DNA from: an uncultured Bacteroidia bacterium
Lineage (GTDB): Bacteria > Bacteroidota > Bacteroidia > Bacteroidales > ML635J-15
Length of the DNA: 64,000 bases
Assembly: GCA_902800045.1 (NCBI GenBank)
Contig: CADCCZ010000008.1
Coordinates: forward strand, 24,325-88,324
Direction: 5' to 3'
The notes under the pieces were generated by a model. The model worked only from the letters and a program-made list of their open reading frames with translations. It made no database searches and was not told the origin of the DNA. Made by a program: the position numbers and the translations under genes. Shown here piece by piece: positions 8,956 to 18,978 of this stretch (positions are counted from its first letter, which is position 1; every line of letters begins with the position of its first letter).

Positions 8956-11900
8956 ATGAAGCACAGACTTATACTGCTTTTAGCAATTACGGCCTATGCC
9001 TTAAGCCTTAAGGCACAAGTAATTGGCACTCCGCAAATGCTTGTGCAGGATCTTGATGAAAGCATCTGGGAAACATCAGGAGTTATTTTCCACAACGGAA
9101 AATTGTGGACTCACAACGACTCGGGAACCGAAGCCAAAATCTACTCTGTCGACACAGCAACAGGAGAAATACTCGAAAGTAAAGTGATAAGAGGAGTAAG
9201 CCACTCCGACTGGGAAGACATTGCCAAAACTCCGACTCACCTTTTAATCGGCGACTTTGGAAACAATATCAGCGGAAAAAGGACTAACATGAAGATACAC
9301 AGGGTAAAATGGGAAGACATTGAAAACCCTGACCTCGATACTATTGACGCAAGAAGCATATCGTTCAGGTTCAATTCGGCATACTATCCCGAATCGGACG
9401 CAGCCAAGAACGACACCAAGTTCGACTGCGAAGCCATGATGGTAATGAACGACACGATATACATCTTCACCAAAAACTGGAGAGATCAGGATTGCTACGT
9501 TTACGCCATCCCAAACAAGGCCAACTACACATATACAACGTTGTATCCTATCGATACCATACAGCTCGAATACATGGTCACCGGTGCCGACTACGACTAT
9601 GCGACCAACTCGGTTGCCCTCTGCGGATACACTTACGACAACGGCACAATCCCAACTTCAAATCCGTATATAACAATATTCTACGGATTTACAGGACATG
9701 ATTTCCAGTCGGGACAGGTAGAAACAAAAGAATACACAAGCCCCACATCGATAATATTCCAATCGACAGGAATCACCTACAACCAGATTGAAGGCATAAC
9801 ATTCCGCGACAGCGGTCGCCTGTGGATTACAAACGAACGATATACAAGAAGCATACAGGGCATACAAGCGCTGACAATTCCAGCACACCTCAGGGAAATT
9901 CCGCTTAGCGGGCTTCCAATAGTGAATACCGACGAAGAGCCGTCGTTCCCCGAAGAACCGCCAGCCATCGTAATCAACTTCGAAGCCAGCGACACCCTGA
10001 TTCTCAGAGGACAAAGTGTAAATTTCACCGAAAGTTGCACACAAAACCCGACAGCCTACCGATGGACATTCACGAGGGGAACACCCTCTTCGTCAACCTT
10101 ACAGACTCCTCCTGCCATCAGGTACAACACTGCAGGACAGTTTAATGTTTCGTTAAGGGCAACCAACGACAACTGCCAGCTCACAAAGACAAAATCGAAA
10201 TACATACACGTACTTGATACCGCCACTGCAGCTTTCACATCCAACGTCATGGCAGCATGTGTAAACGAACCCGTTGAATATTACGACAATAGTTTGGGCG
10301 CATACGAAATAGAATGGTACTTCGAAGGTGGAAATCCAGAATCCTCCACCGAGACCAACCCTATTGTAATGTATGAAAACCCAGGATTGTACGGAGTTAC
10401 GATGATTGTAAACAATCCGCTTAGCACAGACACAATCACAATCGAAAACTACATACAGGTAGTTCCTCATTCAGAAGCCAATATTATAGCCCTACAGGGA
10501 ACCGATGTCTCGCAGGGCGGATCGCTTATGTTTGCCACAGAACCAGGCGAAGGCAACGAAGCATGGTGGCATTGGGAATTTGAAGGCGGAACGCCAGCTA
10601 CGTCCGACGATCAATTTCCTATGGTAACTTACGAAGAACCAGGAGTTTATTCAATATCACTTACTGCCAACAACGGAACCTGCGAACATACTACGCTGCT
10701 TGAACAGGCCGTTACGGTTTATCCGCCAATTAGCGCAAGCTTTACTGCCGACATCGACACTCTATGCTCGGGCTACGAAGTGCACTTCGAAGGTTCGGGA
10801 GAAGGCGTAACCGAATACAGCTGGATGTTTGTAGGTGGCACCCCTGGCATGACAACCGGACAAAACCCAACAGTAACATACAATACCCCAGGTACTTACA
10901 GCGTAGTATTGACAGCCTCAAACCCAGTCGACACCACATTGGTCATTATGGAAAACTACATCGTTGTTGTTCCCCGCGTACACACCGAACTTGCAATGGT
11001 TCCCGAAGGTGAGTTTGCAACCGTCGGCGACACCTTGACATTCAACAACACAAGTGTAAACGCAACCTCGTGGATGTGGACTTTCGAAGGAGGAAGCCCA
11101 AGGACTTCAACCGAAGAAAATCCAAGCGTGACATATAGCAGACCTGGCGAATACGGACTGACACTCGTAGCCAGCAACGAATTCTGCACAGGCGAGACAT
11201 TGAATTATAGCATAACAGTTTATCCGCAGATAGAATTCAGTTTCAATGCCGACACCACAAAGGTTTGCGCAGGCGGAGAAATTAATTTCCGCAGCACCAA
11301 CAACCAAGGTTCGGTAACATACCGTCACTGGGAATTCGAAGGCGGTACGCCCGCAATATCGGATGCACAAAATCCTATAGTTACATACAACGAACCAGGA
11401 ACCTACAGGGTAAGTCTCCAAGTTATGAATCTCGCAACCAGCAAGTTTATGTCTATCGACAGCATGATAACCGTTTATCCAGCTGCAAAGGCAGAATTCA
11501 CGGTTGCAGACAGCAGCGTAGTACAGGGACAGTCGCTCGAGTTCACAAGCCAGTGCACCAACGCCGACCGTATCGAATGGGTATTCGCAGGCGGCAGCCC
11601 AAGCGTATCGACCGACCAGAATCCTACAATCCAGTACAACATTATCGGCACATTCTGGGTATCGCTCGAAGCATGGAACGAACATTGCAGCGACAGGATA
11701 ATCGTCGAAAACCTCATCGAGGTAACCGACAGCACCAGTCAAGGTGGCGATGGCATCGATGAAATTACAAGCCGATTCTCGGTTTTCCCCAACCCGACAT
11801 CGGGAACATTGAACATCGAGAACAGCGGGATGCCTTATTCGTTTACAATCTGCACACAGACAGGTGCCCTGCTGTTGGAGTCGGACGAACATATTGAATC

Positions 11901-12000
11901 GAACACTACAATAGACGTGTCGGCATTGCCGGCAGGCAACTACAATCTCGTTATCACAACAGAAGACGGAACAAAAACATTTAAATTCATAAAATTATAA
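8956..12000 (+). CDS. T9SS cargo with an N-terminal beta-propeller-like domain, about 7 PKD-like domains and a C-terminal type A sorting domain
   Basis: Signal MKHRLILLLAITAYALSLKAQ. The N-domain carries ETSGVIFHNGKLWTHNDSG and DWEDIA motifs. Repeated PKD-type modules are present (W.FEGG.P..S...NP.V.Y..PG.Y.V.L). The C-terminal domain reads FSVFPNPTSGTLNIEN...KFIKL. Confidence 0.85.
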   Translation: MKHRLILLLAITAYALSLKAQVIGTPQMLVQDLDESIWETSGVIFHNGKLWTHNDSGTEAKIYSVDTATGEILESKVIRGVSHSDWEDIAKTPTHLLIGDFGNNISGKRTNMKIHRVKWEDIENPDLDTIDARSISFRFNSAYYPESDAAKNDTKFDCEAMMVMNDTIYIFTKNWRDQDCYVYAIPNKANYTYTTLYPIDTIQLEYMVTGADYDYATNSVALCGYTYDNGTIPTSNPYITIFYGFTGHDFQSGQVETKEYTSPTSIIFQSTGITYNQIEGITFRDSGRLWITNERYTRSIQGIQALTIPAHLREIPLSGLPIVNTDEEPSFPEEPPAIVINFEASDTLILRGQSVNFTESCTQNPTAYRWTFTRGTPSSSTLQTPPAIRYNTAGQFNVSLRATNDNCQLTKTKSKYIHVLDTATAAFTSNVMAACVNEPVEYYDNSLGAYEIEWYFEGGNPESSTETNPIVMYENPGLYGVTMIVNNPLSTDTITIENYIQVVPHSEANIIALQGTDVSQGGSLMFATEPGEGNEAWWHWEFEGGTPATSDDQFPMVTYEEPGVYSISLTANNGTCEHTTLLEQAVTVYPPISASFTADIDTLCSGYEVHFEGSGEGVTEYSWMFVGGTPGMTTGQNPTVTYNTPGTYSVVLTASNPVDTTLVIMENYIVVVPRVHTELAMVPEGEFATVGDTLTFNNTSVNATSWMWTFEGGSPRTSTEENPSVTYSRPGEYGLTLVASNEFCTGETLNYSITVYPQIEFSFNADTTKVCAGGEINFRSTNNQGSVTYRHWEFEGGTPAISDAQNPIVTYNEPGTYRVSLQVMNLATSKFMSIDSMITVYPAAKAEFTVADSSVVQGQSLEFTSQCTNADRIEWVFAGGSPSVSTDQNPTIQYNIIGTFWVSLEAWNEHCSDRIIVENLIEVTDSTSQGGDGIDEITSRFSVFPNPTSGTLNIENSGMPYSFTICTQTGALLLESDEHIESNTTIDVSALPAGNYNLVITTEDGTKTFKFIKL

Positions 12001-12011
12001 AACACAATAAT

Positions 12012-13991
12012 ATGACAGCAATAAAGAAATTAATTTCATTGACAACTATTCTGATACTAGGCATTGGCGCATCGTTTGCACAAGTTGGTTCGGCTACAGT
12101 AATGGTAGGTGAACTGCCCGCCGAAATAGAAGAAACATCGGGCCTTATCTTCCACAACGGCAAGCTATGGACGCACAACGACTCCGAAGGCGAACCAGTA
12201 CTCTACAGCATCGACACCACAAACGGACAGATTCTGGAAAGAAAAACCATTGCCGGAGTAACTAACATCGACTGGGAAGACCTTGCAAAAGATGCAACAT
12301 ACATCTACATAGGCAACGTAGGCGCAATGAACAGCAATCCGCAGATTATCCGAATCAAGATCGAAGACCTTGACAATCCGGAGCTTACCACCATCGAGCC
12401 GCGAATTATCAATTTCACCTACGGCAACCCCGACTACCCGGAACCCGACTTTTCGGTTACGAATACACGTTTCGACTGCGAGGCTTTCATTGCAAAGGAC
12501 GACACCTTGTTCCTCTTCTCGAAGAACTGGATCGACCATCAGACCTACCTGTATGCAATTCCTAACAAAGCCAACTATTTCCACACGATAACCCCTATCG
12601 ACACATTGCAGCTCGACTACCTCGTATGCGCCGCCGACTACGACTACCGTACAAACACTGTGGCTCTTCTCGGTTACACCTACGACGTATCGGGAATTTT
12701 GCCAGAATCGAGACCTTACATAACCTTGCTACGCAACTTCGAAGGCAACAATTTCTTCTCGGGAACAGTTGAAACCACCGAATTGTCGGCGTCAAGCCTT
12801 ACCGATGTCATCAGATACAACCAGACCGAAGGAATTGCTTTCCGCGACAGCAGCCGTCTTTGGATAACAAACGAAAAATACACCCGCAGCATATTAACTC
12901 TTAAGGCTAAGCTCCGCGAACTGCAGATTGAAAATCCTGTAACTGTGAACGACGACGAAATGCCCTCCTTTCCCGAAGAGCCAGCAGCAATCGTCCCCGA
13001 CTTCACAGCCGACGTTACAGAAATCATCGAAGGCGAACAAGTCCACTTCACAGACCTCTCGACGCAGGACCCGACAGCATGGTCGTGGTCGTTCGAGGGC
13101 GGAACACCCGCAACATCGAACGAACAGAACCCGACGATAAGATACAATACACCAGGCACATACAACGTCAGCCTTACCGTGTCGAACGACAACTGCGAGA
13201 TTTCGAAGACAATAAACGGCATGATAATCGTTCACGGAACAGTTTCCGCCGACTTCAACGCCGACATTACCGCTATATGCGAAGGACAAACCGTAACTTT
13301 CCACTCCGAAGCGGTAAACGCAAATAGCATACAATGGCAATTCTTCGGTGGTAGTCCAGAATTTTCGACCGAGCTCAACCCTGTAGTTACATACAACAAC
13401 GAAGGCCGCTATTCGGTAAAACTCACAGCATACAACGAAGTCGACAGCGACAGAATAACCAAGGAAGACTACATAAAGGTAGTAGGTCTTGTAATCGCAA
13501 ACTTCACTTCAGAAAATACCCACGCCGACAGAGGTGAAATCGTAAGTTTCACCGACCTCAGCGAAAACGCATTCTACTGGAGCTGGGAATTTGAAGGCGC
13601 AATACCTGAAACCTCAACCGAACAAAATCCGCAGGTAACATACTACAATGCAGGCACTTATCCTGTAAAGCTTACCGTTTATTCCGAAGATTCGATCTGC
13701 AGCGACTTCAAGCGTACAAACAATTACATTGTCATTACCAAGTCGGACGAAAATCTCATGGAAGATATCGAAGTTTTCCCGAATCCTGCAACCAGCATCC
13801 TCAACATCAACATCCCCGACGGAAAGGATTACAAGATTGAAATTATTGGCGCCGACGGAAAGCAAGTTTACATGTCGCAGACAGGAAACGGCAACGGAAA
13901 TATCGATGTATCTAACCTTGTATCAGGAAATTACATTGCAAGCATCAATGTTGACGGCAAGGTTTATAAGATAAATTTCATAAAACTTTAA
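12012..13991 (+). CDS. Shorter tandem paralog of the preceding gene (same N-domain, about 3 PKD-like domains, T9SS C-terminal domain)
   Basis: Signal ..GASFAQ. ETSGLIFHNGKLWTHNDSE and DWEDLA motifs are collinear with the 8956 gene. The C-terminal domain reads IEVFPNPATSILNINI...INFIKL. Confidence 0.85.
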   Translation: MTAIKKLISLTTILILGIGASFAQVGSATVMVGELPAEIEETSGLIFHNGKLWTHNDSEGEPVLYSIDTTNGQILERKTIAGVTNIDWEDLAKDATYIYIGNVGAMNSNPQIIRIKIEDLDNPELTTIEPRIINFTYGNPDYPEPDFSVTNTRFDCEAFIAKDDTLFLFSKNWIDHQTYLYAIPNKANYFHTITPIDTLQLDYLVCAADYDYRTNTVALLGYTYDVSGILPESRPYITLLRNFEGNNFFSGTVETTELSASSLTDVIRYNQTEGIAFRDSSRLWITNEKYTRSILTLKAKLRELQIENPVTVNDDEMPSFPEEPAAIVPDFTADVTEIIEGEQVHFTDLSTQDPTAWSWSFEGGTPATSNEQNPTIRYNTPGTYNVSLTVSNDNCEISKTINGMIIVHGTVSADFNADITAICEGQTVTFHSEAVNANSIQWQFFGGSPEFSTELNPVVTYNNEGRYSVKLTAYNEVDSDRITKEDYIKVVGLVIANFTSENTHADRGEIVSFTDLSENAFYWSWEFEGAIPETSTEQNPQVTYYNAGTYPVKLTVYSEDSICSDFKRTNNYIVITKSDENLMEDIEVFPNPATSILNINIPDGKDYKIEIIGADGKQVYMSQTGNGNGNIDVSNLVSGNYIASINVDGKVYKINFIKL

Positions 13992-14024
13992 TTTTTTATT
14001 AATTCAACATTTTAGCATCAAGGA

Positions 14025-14032
14025 ATATATTT
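14025..14032 (+). promoter_or_regulatory. Candidate -7 box TATATTTG
   Basis: 34 nt upstream of ATG 14067. Confidence 0.5.
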
Positions 14033-14066
14033 GCAAAAAAAATAACAACAAATAAAGGATAAATTT

Positions 14067-16268
14067 ATGAAGAGAATCAGTACCTTATTGGTTGCCCTCT
14101 TTGCAGGCGCACTATGGCTGAACGCAACACCCGACCCCGACGAGGGTATGTGGTTGCCTAACAAGATTGCACAGTTGAACTACGGACAGATGCAGAAACT
14201 TGGCTGCAAGCTCACTGCCGAAGAAATCTACAGCATCAACCACTCCAGCATGAAGGACGCAATATTCCAGTTGCAGTCGGCCGAAGGCGGAGGTTTCTGC
14301 ACAGGCGAAATCGTCAGCAAGGAAGGTTTGCTTTTCACCAACCACCACTGCGGTTACGAGTCGATAACCAAGCTCAGCACCACCGAGCACAACTACCTCG
14401 ACAACGGTTACTGGTCGAAGAGCAAGGAAGAAGAACTTTCGTGCCCGTGGCTCAGAGTTAGCCGTGTTGTTCGCATCGACGATGTTACCGAACGCGTACT
14501 CAAGGGTATAACCAACGAAACTCCCGAAGCCGAAAGAGCAAAGAAGGTTGGCGAAGCAATGAAGGAAATCGTTGCCGAAGCTACAAAGGACAACGAATAC
14601 GAAGCATCGGTTGAAGAAATGTACAAGGGTGGCGAATACTACCTCTTTGTTTACGAAATCTTCGGCGATGTTCGTTTTGTAGGTGCTCCTCCTTCATCAA
14701 TTGGTAAGTTCGGTGGCGATACCGACAACTGGATGTGGCCGCGTCACACTGGCGACTTCTCGATTTTCCGCGTTTATATGTCGCCCGACGGCAAGCCTAC
14801 CAAGAGCTACGACAAGAACAATGTACCTTACAAGCCTCTTCACTACCTCCCAGTTTCAATAAAGGGCGTAAAGGAAGGCGACTTCACAATGATTATGGGT
14901 TACCCGGGCAGCACCGAACGTTTCCTCTGCTCGTACGGCATGAAGTACAAACGCGACTGGTACAACCCGAGCGCAGTTAACGCTCTCGGCGTAAAGCTCG
15001 GTGCAATGAAGGAAGATATGGATGTTGACGACAACATTCGCCTCGCAATGGCCGACACATACGCATCGCTCGCAAACGGCTACAAGCTTTGGGGCGGTGA
15101 AATCGAAACCTTGAAGACCACCAACGCAATACAGCTCAAGGAAGAGGAAGAAGCTGCTTTCCAGAAATGGGCTAACGAAAACGACAGCCGCAAGAAACTC
15201 TACGGAACAGTTCTCGACGAACTCAAGAGCACTTACGAATCGTACGGACAGGCAACTCAGGACATGCTCCTCGTTTCTCTCCTTCTCAGCCAGGGTAGCG
15301 ATATGACAATGAACTCGTTGCAGATGTTCATGCTTGCTCGCCTTCTCGAAGACGAAAAGGGCAATGCCGACCAGATTAAGGATTTCTGCGCAGAATTCAA
15401 GGAAGGTGTTGACGAAATGTACCAGAACTACTATGTAAACACCGACAGAAAGTCGTTCGAAAGAATGTTGAACCACTATGTAAACACTATTCCTGCCGAA
15501 AGAAGAGTTTCTGCTTTCAGCGACTACCTGTTCAAGAACTTCAAGGGCAAGACCGAAGCCGAATCGATTTCGAAGTTCATAAATGCAGTTTACACCAAGT
15601 CGATTTTCACCGACAAGGCTCGTCTCATCGCTTTCCTCGACAAGCCTACCAAGAAGGCTCTCGACAGCGACCCGATGTTTGGTTTTGCAAAGAGCGTTTA
15701 CAGCGGAATTATGCCGTTGCAGGGCGCATTTGTAGGTCCTATGAACAAGATTGAAACTCTCGAAAGAGTTTACACACAGGGACTTCGCGAATTCGAAAAG
15801 GACAGAGTTTTCTATCCGGATGCAAACTCGACCCTCCGTCTCACCTACGGAACAGTACAGAGCTATGTTCCACGCGACGGTGTCAAGTACAAATATTTGA
15901 CCTACATCGACGGTATCATCGAGAAGGAAGACCCGACAAATCCGGAATTTGTTGTTCCGAAGGAACTCAAGGAACTCTACAACAAGAAGCAGTATGGCCG
16001 CTATGCCGACGAAACTGGCAATCTTCCTGTTTGCTTCCTCAGCGACAACGATATCACCGGTGGTAACTCAGGTTCACCAATCATCAACGGCAATGGCGAA
16101 CTCATTGGTCTTGCTTTCGATGGCAACTGGGAATGGCTCTGCTCTAACCTCATCTTCAGCCCCGAAATGCAGAGAACAATCAATGTTGATGCTCGTTATG
16201 TACTTTGGGTAATCGATGAACTCTACGGAGCAAAGAACCTCATCGAAGAATTGGATATCAGAAAATAA
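14067..16268 (+). CDS. S46 family dipeptidyl-peptidase (DPP7/DPP11 type)
   Basis: 733 aa. It has a signal peptide followed by DEGMWLP, catalytic His context TNHHCG, and catalytic Ser context GGNSGSPIIN. I cannot separate DPP7 from DPP11 by eye. Confidence 0.9.
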   Translation: MKRISTLLVALFAGALWLNATPDPDEGMWLPNKIAQLNYGQMQKLGCKLTAEEIYSINHSSMKDAIFQLQSAEGGGFCTGEIVSKEGLLFTNHHCGYESITKLSTTEHNYLDNGYWSKSKEEELSCPWLRVSRVVRIDDVTERVLKGITNETPEAERAKKVGEAMKEIVAEATKDNEYEASVEEMYKGGEYYLFVYEIFGDVRFVGAPPSSIGKFGGDTDNWMWPRHTGDFSIFRVYMSPDGKPTKSYDKNNVPYKPLHYLPVSIKGVKEGDFTMIMGYPGSTERFLCSYGMKYKRDWYNPSAVNALGVKLGAMKEDMDVDDNIRLAMADTYASLANGYKLWGGEIETLKTTNAIQLKEEEEAAFQKWANENDSRKKLYGTVLDELKSTYESYGQATQDMLLVSLLLSQGSDMTMNSLQMFMLARLLEDEKGNADQIKDFCAEFKEGVDEMYQNYYVNTDRKSFERMLNHYVNTIPAERRVSAFSDYLFKNFKGKTEAESISKFINAVYTKSIFTDKARLIAFLDKPTKKALDSDPMFGFAKSVYSGIMPLQGAFVGPMNKIETLERVYTQGLREFEKDRVFYPDANSTLRLTYGTVQSYVPRDGVKYKYLTYIDGIIEKEDPTNPEFVVPKELKELYNKKQYGRYADETGNLPVCFLSDNDITGGNSGSPIINGNGELIGLAFDGNWEWLCSNLIFSPEMQRTINVDARYVLWVIDELYGAKNLIEELDIRK

Positions 16269-16286
16269 TAAAAGCATATAAAATTC

Positions 16287-16332
16287 AAAATGTGGGAATA
16301 GTTGCGTAACTATTCCCACATTTTTTTTATTT
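16287..16332 (+). terminator. Rho-independent terminator after the S46 peptidase gene
   Basis: Perfect 14-bp stem atgtgggaatagtt/aactattcccacat, loop gcgt, then T8. Confidence 0.9.
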
Positions 16333-16371
16333 TTTCACCTTTTCCTAGGCAACCTTTTCCATTTTTTTCGT

Positions 16372-16379
16372 TAGCTTTG
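16372..16379 (+). promoter_or_regulatory. Candidate -7 box TAGCTTTG
   Basis: 24 nt upstream of ATG 16404 and downstream of the preceding terminator. Confidence 0.5.
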
Positions 16380-16403
16380 TGTCTAATTTTAAATTTTATA
16401 GGT

Positions 16404-18821
16404 ATGAAGAAGACTTTTCTCGTTCTTTATCTGCTGTTTGCAACAATTTCTTTCGCTTCCGCCCAGTCTATGGATTGGCAGTATGCAACGCGATTTGGAG
16501 GTAGCAACTATCAGACTCCAGGTCTCGGCTTAAAAATACTTAATCATCCAAACCATCTAGAAATTGATGCCGAGGGCAACGCATATATATTTGGCACATT
16601 CGGTGACAATGCTTCTTTTTATGGTTTTTCTGACGGATTGGCTTTTAATTCTCCTAGTTACGGTGACCAGTGTAACGGTACATTTGTTGCAAAGTTTGAT
16701 TGCAACGGCAATGTTGTGTGGCATAAAGCGATAGTAAGAGAAACTAACCTAGACAGTGAGGCTCAATATATGGTATTGAAAAATAATCACTTGTATTTGC
16801 AAGGTACTGTACATATTCCAACTACAAACAGTAACTTGTGGTTTCTTGACTCTCTTGTTTATGGAAATATCTTGTATAATTATGAAATCTATCACCCCGA
16901 TAGTATTGTTTTTCCATACTTTCCAAACAACTATTATACATATATAATGGAACTCGATTTGGACGGCAACATAATTGACTATAATCTTTTTTCGCTGTAC
17001 AAAGAGGATATGTACAGTTACAATGGAGAATACACAGGAAGGATGACACGTTATCTTTTTGAGCAAATAGAAAAAAGCAGGCCTGTTCCTTTTGCAATTG
17101 ACAATGAACACAATTATTATATGCTTTCATTTATGAGATGCGATGGTTTGACAGATAGTCTTGGTAATCAAATTCCACAGAAGATGGTATTCAAGCACAA
17201 TGGTGAGGACATTACCGATACCATAATGCCAGAAGACAATAAGTATGTTTACCGACTGCTAAAGTTTGACAATGATTTTAATTTGCAGTACACAAAACCA
17301 TTTGTCATAAACATAAGCGATACATCTTGTGGCAGGATGGAAATGTACTTTAGTGATATGAATTGTGATGCAGAGAATAATATTTATATATCTGGATGTA
17401 TTGTTTTGAATTATAAACGAGGTGTTGTTCCTGAGGCATTAGTTGACGTAGAACTAAATAATGGCAATCATATATATTTTTATGATATGCAATGTATAGA
17501 ATATGTTTCATCTACTTTTTGCCAAAGTTTCGTTATGAAGTTGAACAGCAATGGGGATGTATTATGGGTAAACCATACAAGAAATTATGGGGGGCCGACA
17601 TCAGGAACAGAATTTCATTCGCACCTTCTTGATGAAAGATCGGGCAATATATATGTTTCTGGACAGGCCGTTCCTATATTATCAACAGGAGTATATACTA
17701 TTCTTGGTGAAAATGATACAATCATAAATACTTATAATGGAGAACACGCAGAATTGAAAAGTGCGACTGATATTGTAGTCTGTTACGATACTGCAGGCAA
17801 TTACAAATGGTACAATTGTCCTATCACTTTAAACTGTGCTATCAGTAGTCTCGCAACATTTAATGGCAAACTATATGCATCTGTAGGATGGTCAACCTAT
17901 GGACTTACTTGTAGCGATTCTACATATTTTCCACTTGTACAAATTCAAGGAAACAGATTTGGAGGATATAGCATTTGCGAATGGGATATGCAAGGTAATA
18001 TGACTGATGTAAGACAAATATATTGCAAGCCACAAGACAAAACAAAACCCTACGATACTCGCATAAATGCTTTGGGTGAGATATACACAACAGGTAGATT
18101 CGACAACTATATGATTTTCGGAGAGGATTCAATAAGCGCAAAACACGATACCGATATGTTCATTGCCAAGTTTGGTTTGCCCTGCCAAACATACTTGTAC
18201 GATACCGCTACCTATTGCTATGGCGAGGTAGTGCAGGGCGTAACCCTTACCGCATCTGGCGATTACACATTTGCATATCCCGAGGGCGGTCAGGAGTTCG
18301 ACAGCATTGTGCTTGTCCACGCCACCGTATTGCCTCCGCTTGCTATCGGGCTAAACGATACCACCGTTTGCACCGCCCAGCAGTTCTACTTGGATGCCTG
18401 CGGCGAGTTCGATTCCTACCAGTGGAGCACAGGCGGTACAGGCTGCACCGAAATGCTTCAGTTCGACAATGCCTGTACGCAGAGCGTAAGCCTTACCGTC
18501 ACCCGTGGCGAATGTTCCGCATCCAAGACTATCAGCATTACCGCTCAGGTTTGCGACGGCATCACCGAACCTGCAGCCACGGCAATGTCGCTCTACCCGA
18601 ATCCCGCCACCGAATACATAAACATTGCTGGTGAGAATATTGCAGGGATAGAAATCTGCAATTTGCTAGGCGAGGTGGTATATTACATTTGTAATGTCGC
18701 GCCGCGGCACGACACAACAAATGTAATATCCACAGAAAATATGTCCGCAGGAAGCTATTTTGTAAGGGTAAGAATGGCGGATGGAAAGGTGGTGACGAAA
18801 AAGATTGTGGTGGTGAAATAA
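16404..18821 (+). CDS. Hypothetical T9SS cargo protein (C-terminal type A sorting domain)
   Basis: Track ORF trimmed to ATG 16404 (MKKTFLVLYLLFATISFASAQ). The C-terminal domain reads MSLYPNPATEYINIAG...KKIVVVK. The body has no family I recognise. The first ~1.8 kb is visibly AT-rich. Confidence 0.75.
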   Translation: MKKTFLVLYLLFATISFASAQSMDWQYATRFGGSNYQTPGLGLKILNHPNHLEIDAEGNAYIFGTFGDNASFYGFSDGLAFNSPSYGDQCNGTFVAKFDCNGNVVWHKAIVRETNLDSEAQYMVLKNNHLYLQGTVHIPTTNSNLWFLDSLVYGNILYNYEIYHPDSIVFPYFPNNYYTYIMELDLDGNIIDYNLFSLYKEDMYSYNGEYTGRMTRYLFEQIEKSRPVPFAIDNEHNYYMLSFMRCDGLTDSLGNQIPQKMVFKHNGEDITDTIMPEDNKYVYRLLKFDNDFNLQYTKPFVINISDTSCGRMEMYFSDMNCDAENNIYISGCIVLNYKRGVVPEALVDVELNNGNHIYFYDMQCIEYVSSTFCQSFVMKLNSNGDVLWVNHTRNYGGPTSGTEFHSHLLDERSGNIYVSGQAVPILSTGVYTILGENDTIINTYNGEHAELKSATDIVVCYDTAGNYKWYNCPITLNCAISSLATFNGKLYASVGWSTYGLTCSDSTYFPLVQIQGNRFGGYSICEWDMQGNMTDVRQIYCKPQDKTKPYDTRINALGEIYTTGRFDNYMIFGEDSISAKHDTDMFIAKFGLPCQTYLYDTATYCYGEVVQGVTLTASGDYTFAYPEGGQEFDSIVLVHATVLPPLAIGLNDTTVCTAQQFYLDACGEFDSYQWSTGGTGCTEMLQFDNACTQSVSLTVTRGECSASKTISITAQVCDGITEPAATAMSLYPNPATEYINIAGENIAGIEICNLLGEVVYYICNVAPRHDTTNVISTENMSAGSYFVRVRMADGKVVTKKIVVVK

Positions 18822-18826
18822 TATGG

Positions 18827-18978
18827 GGCCAAAAGGCTAAAAGAAGAAAAGGCTAAAAGTCAGGCGGAAGATCAGTCAGGCAGAAGACCAGTCTAACGGA
18901 AGACCTGTCTGACAGAAGACCTGTCTGACAGAAGACCAGTCTGCAAGACTGTTAGACTGCAAGACTGTCAGCCTGTCA
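18827..18978. repeat. Strictly phased 8-nt (16-nt super-period) degenerate tandem array, 19 units
   Basis: Units read ggccaaaa ggctaaaa gaagaaaa ggctaaaa gtcaggcg gaagatca gtcaggca gaagacca gtctaacg gaagacct gtctgaca gaagacct gtctgaca gaagacca gtctgcaa gactgtta gactgcaa gactgtca gcctgtca. There is no indel, and the array fills the whole convergent spacer. Confidence 0.9.

Noticed and set aside
18827-18978. Possibility that the periodic arrays (8-nt, 17-nt) are CRISPR arrays.
   Set aside because: There is no alternation of conserved repeats with unique spacers. The periods are far too short, and no cas genes are in the window.
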